Positions 63,418 to 64,000 of a stretch of 64,000 nucleotides of DNA are shown here, piece after piece; the first letter of the stretch is position 1; the number at the start of each line of letters is the position of its first letter. Origin of the DNA: Perkinsus olseni (lineage: Eukaryota). The DNA is taken from contig JABANN010000115.1 of the NCBI GenBank assembly GCA_013115125.1, forward strand, positions 1-64,000, in the 5' to 3' direction. The notes under the pieces are model-generated. The model saw only the letters and a list, made by a program, of their open reading frames with translations, had not been told where the DNA came from and made no database searches. Position numbers and translations under genes: made by a program.

Positions 63418-64000
63418 TTAGAGACGCAAATTGCTGACGAAATGAAAGGCGCCGACAGAAGCTTGTGAGGAAATCGTATCAGAGACAGGTGTGTTGTTCC
63501 AAACACCGAGCCCGCCAAGTCGCTCGGAGACTTCCCTGATGAAGTTCGACAGGCCCTGTAGTACTTCATCAGGGAAGACCAGCGGATCACTCCGAAAGGG
63601 GAGGGGACGACAGAGAGAGTCCGCAACCCGATCCCCATCCTGGAGAGATCCGGGGGCGTGCCCTTCGGCACATGGCAAGAGGTGACAACCGACAGAGGTG
63701 TCCTGAGTCGCGTAGTCTTGAAGCGTCACCTAGCCTCAGTACAGGCTTTGTAGTACAGGGTCTTTCGATATGATATGCAAACGAGTAGAACTAGCTCATC
63801 TCAGCACATACTGCGTGTTCAAGTCTGAAGCTTTAGTATCGCTGATCGTTCAACCGGCGTGGAACGCCGGTTCCGGCTTAGACTCCTGCCGATTTGCACA
63901 ATTGTAGACTTTCTGTAGCGTTGGCATGCAGCGCAATCAGACAGATTGTCAAGAAGTTTCCCCTATCTGTAGCGCTGTGGGTGGTGGCCCTTCCCCGACT
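63418..64000 (-). CDS. Probable 3' end of a hypothetical gene running off the window
   Basis: ORF 63418-63729 begins right after an AG acceptor; no recognised motif. Confidence 0.3.

Noticed and set aside
1-64000. Spliced-leader RNA or relic SL (CCGTAGCCATYTTGGCTCAAG), rRNA, U snRNAs
   Set aside because: No convincing match seen by eye on either strand.

Overview
Gene-dense eukaryotic (not prokaryotic) genomic DNA with many short (about 45-100 nt) GT-AG introns, so most entries in the ORF track are exon fragments or antisense shadows. A nucleus-encoded split cox2a gene and the intron style point to a myzozoan alveolate, most likely Perkinsus (inference). Recognisable genes: C69 dipeptidase (frameshifted), cox2a, R2R3-Myb, ankyrin-repeat protein, AMP deaminase, PIG-P, pyrroline-5-carboxylate reductase, RING protein, HSL-type alpha/beta hydrolase, AP-4 mu, NOP2, Y14/RBM8A, MPP6, a SWEET transporter and an intronic tRNA-Met. 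Main unexplained signals: (1) a ~17 kb minus-strand cluster (39-56 kb) of probably secreted proteins with about 11 copies of an unrecognised ~100-aa Cys-containing domain ending in a DA..[LF]A..WG helix, joined by Thr-rich or very acidic linkers; (2) tRNA T-arm/B-box motifs recurring inside short introns of several unrelated genes; (3) a perfect 58-bp palindrome in a Y14 intron and a highly structured 584-nt AMPD intron. Exon boundaries were read by eye, so ends of multi-exon genes are approximate where stated.
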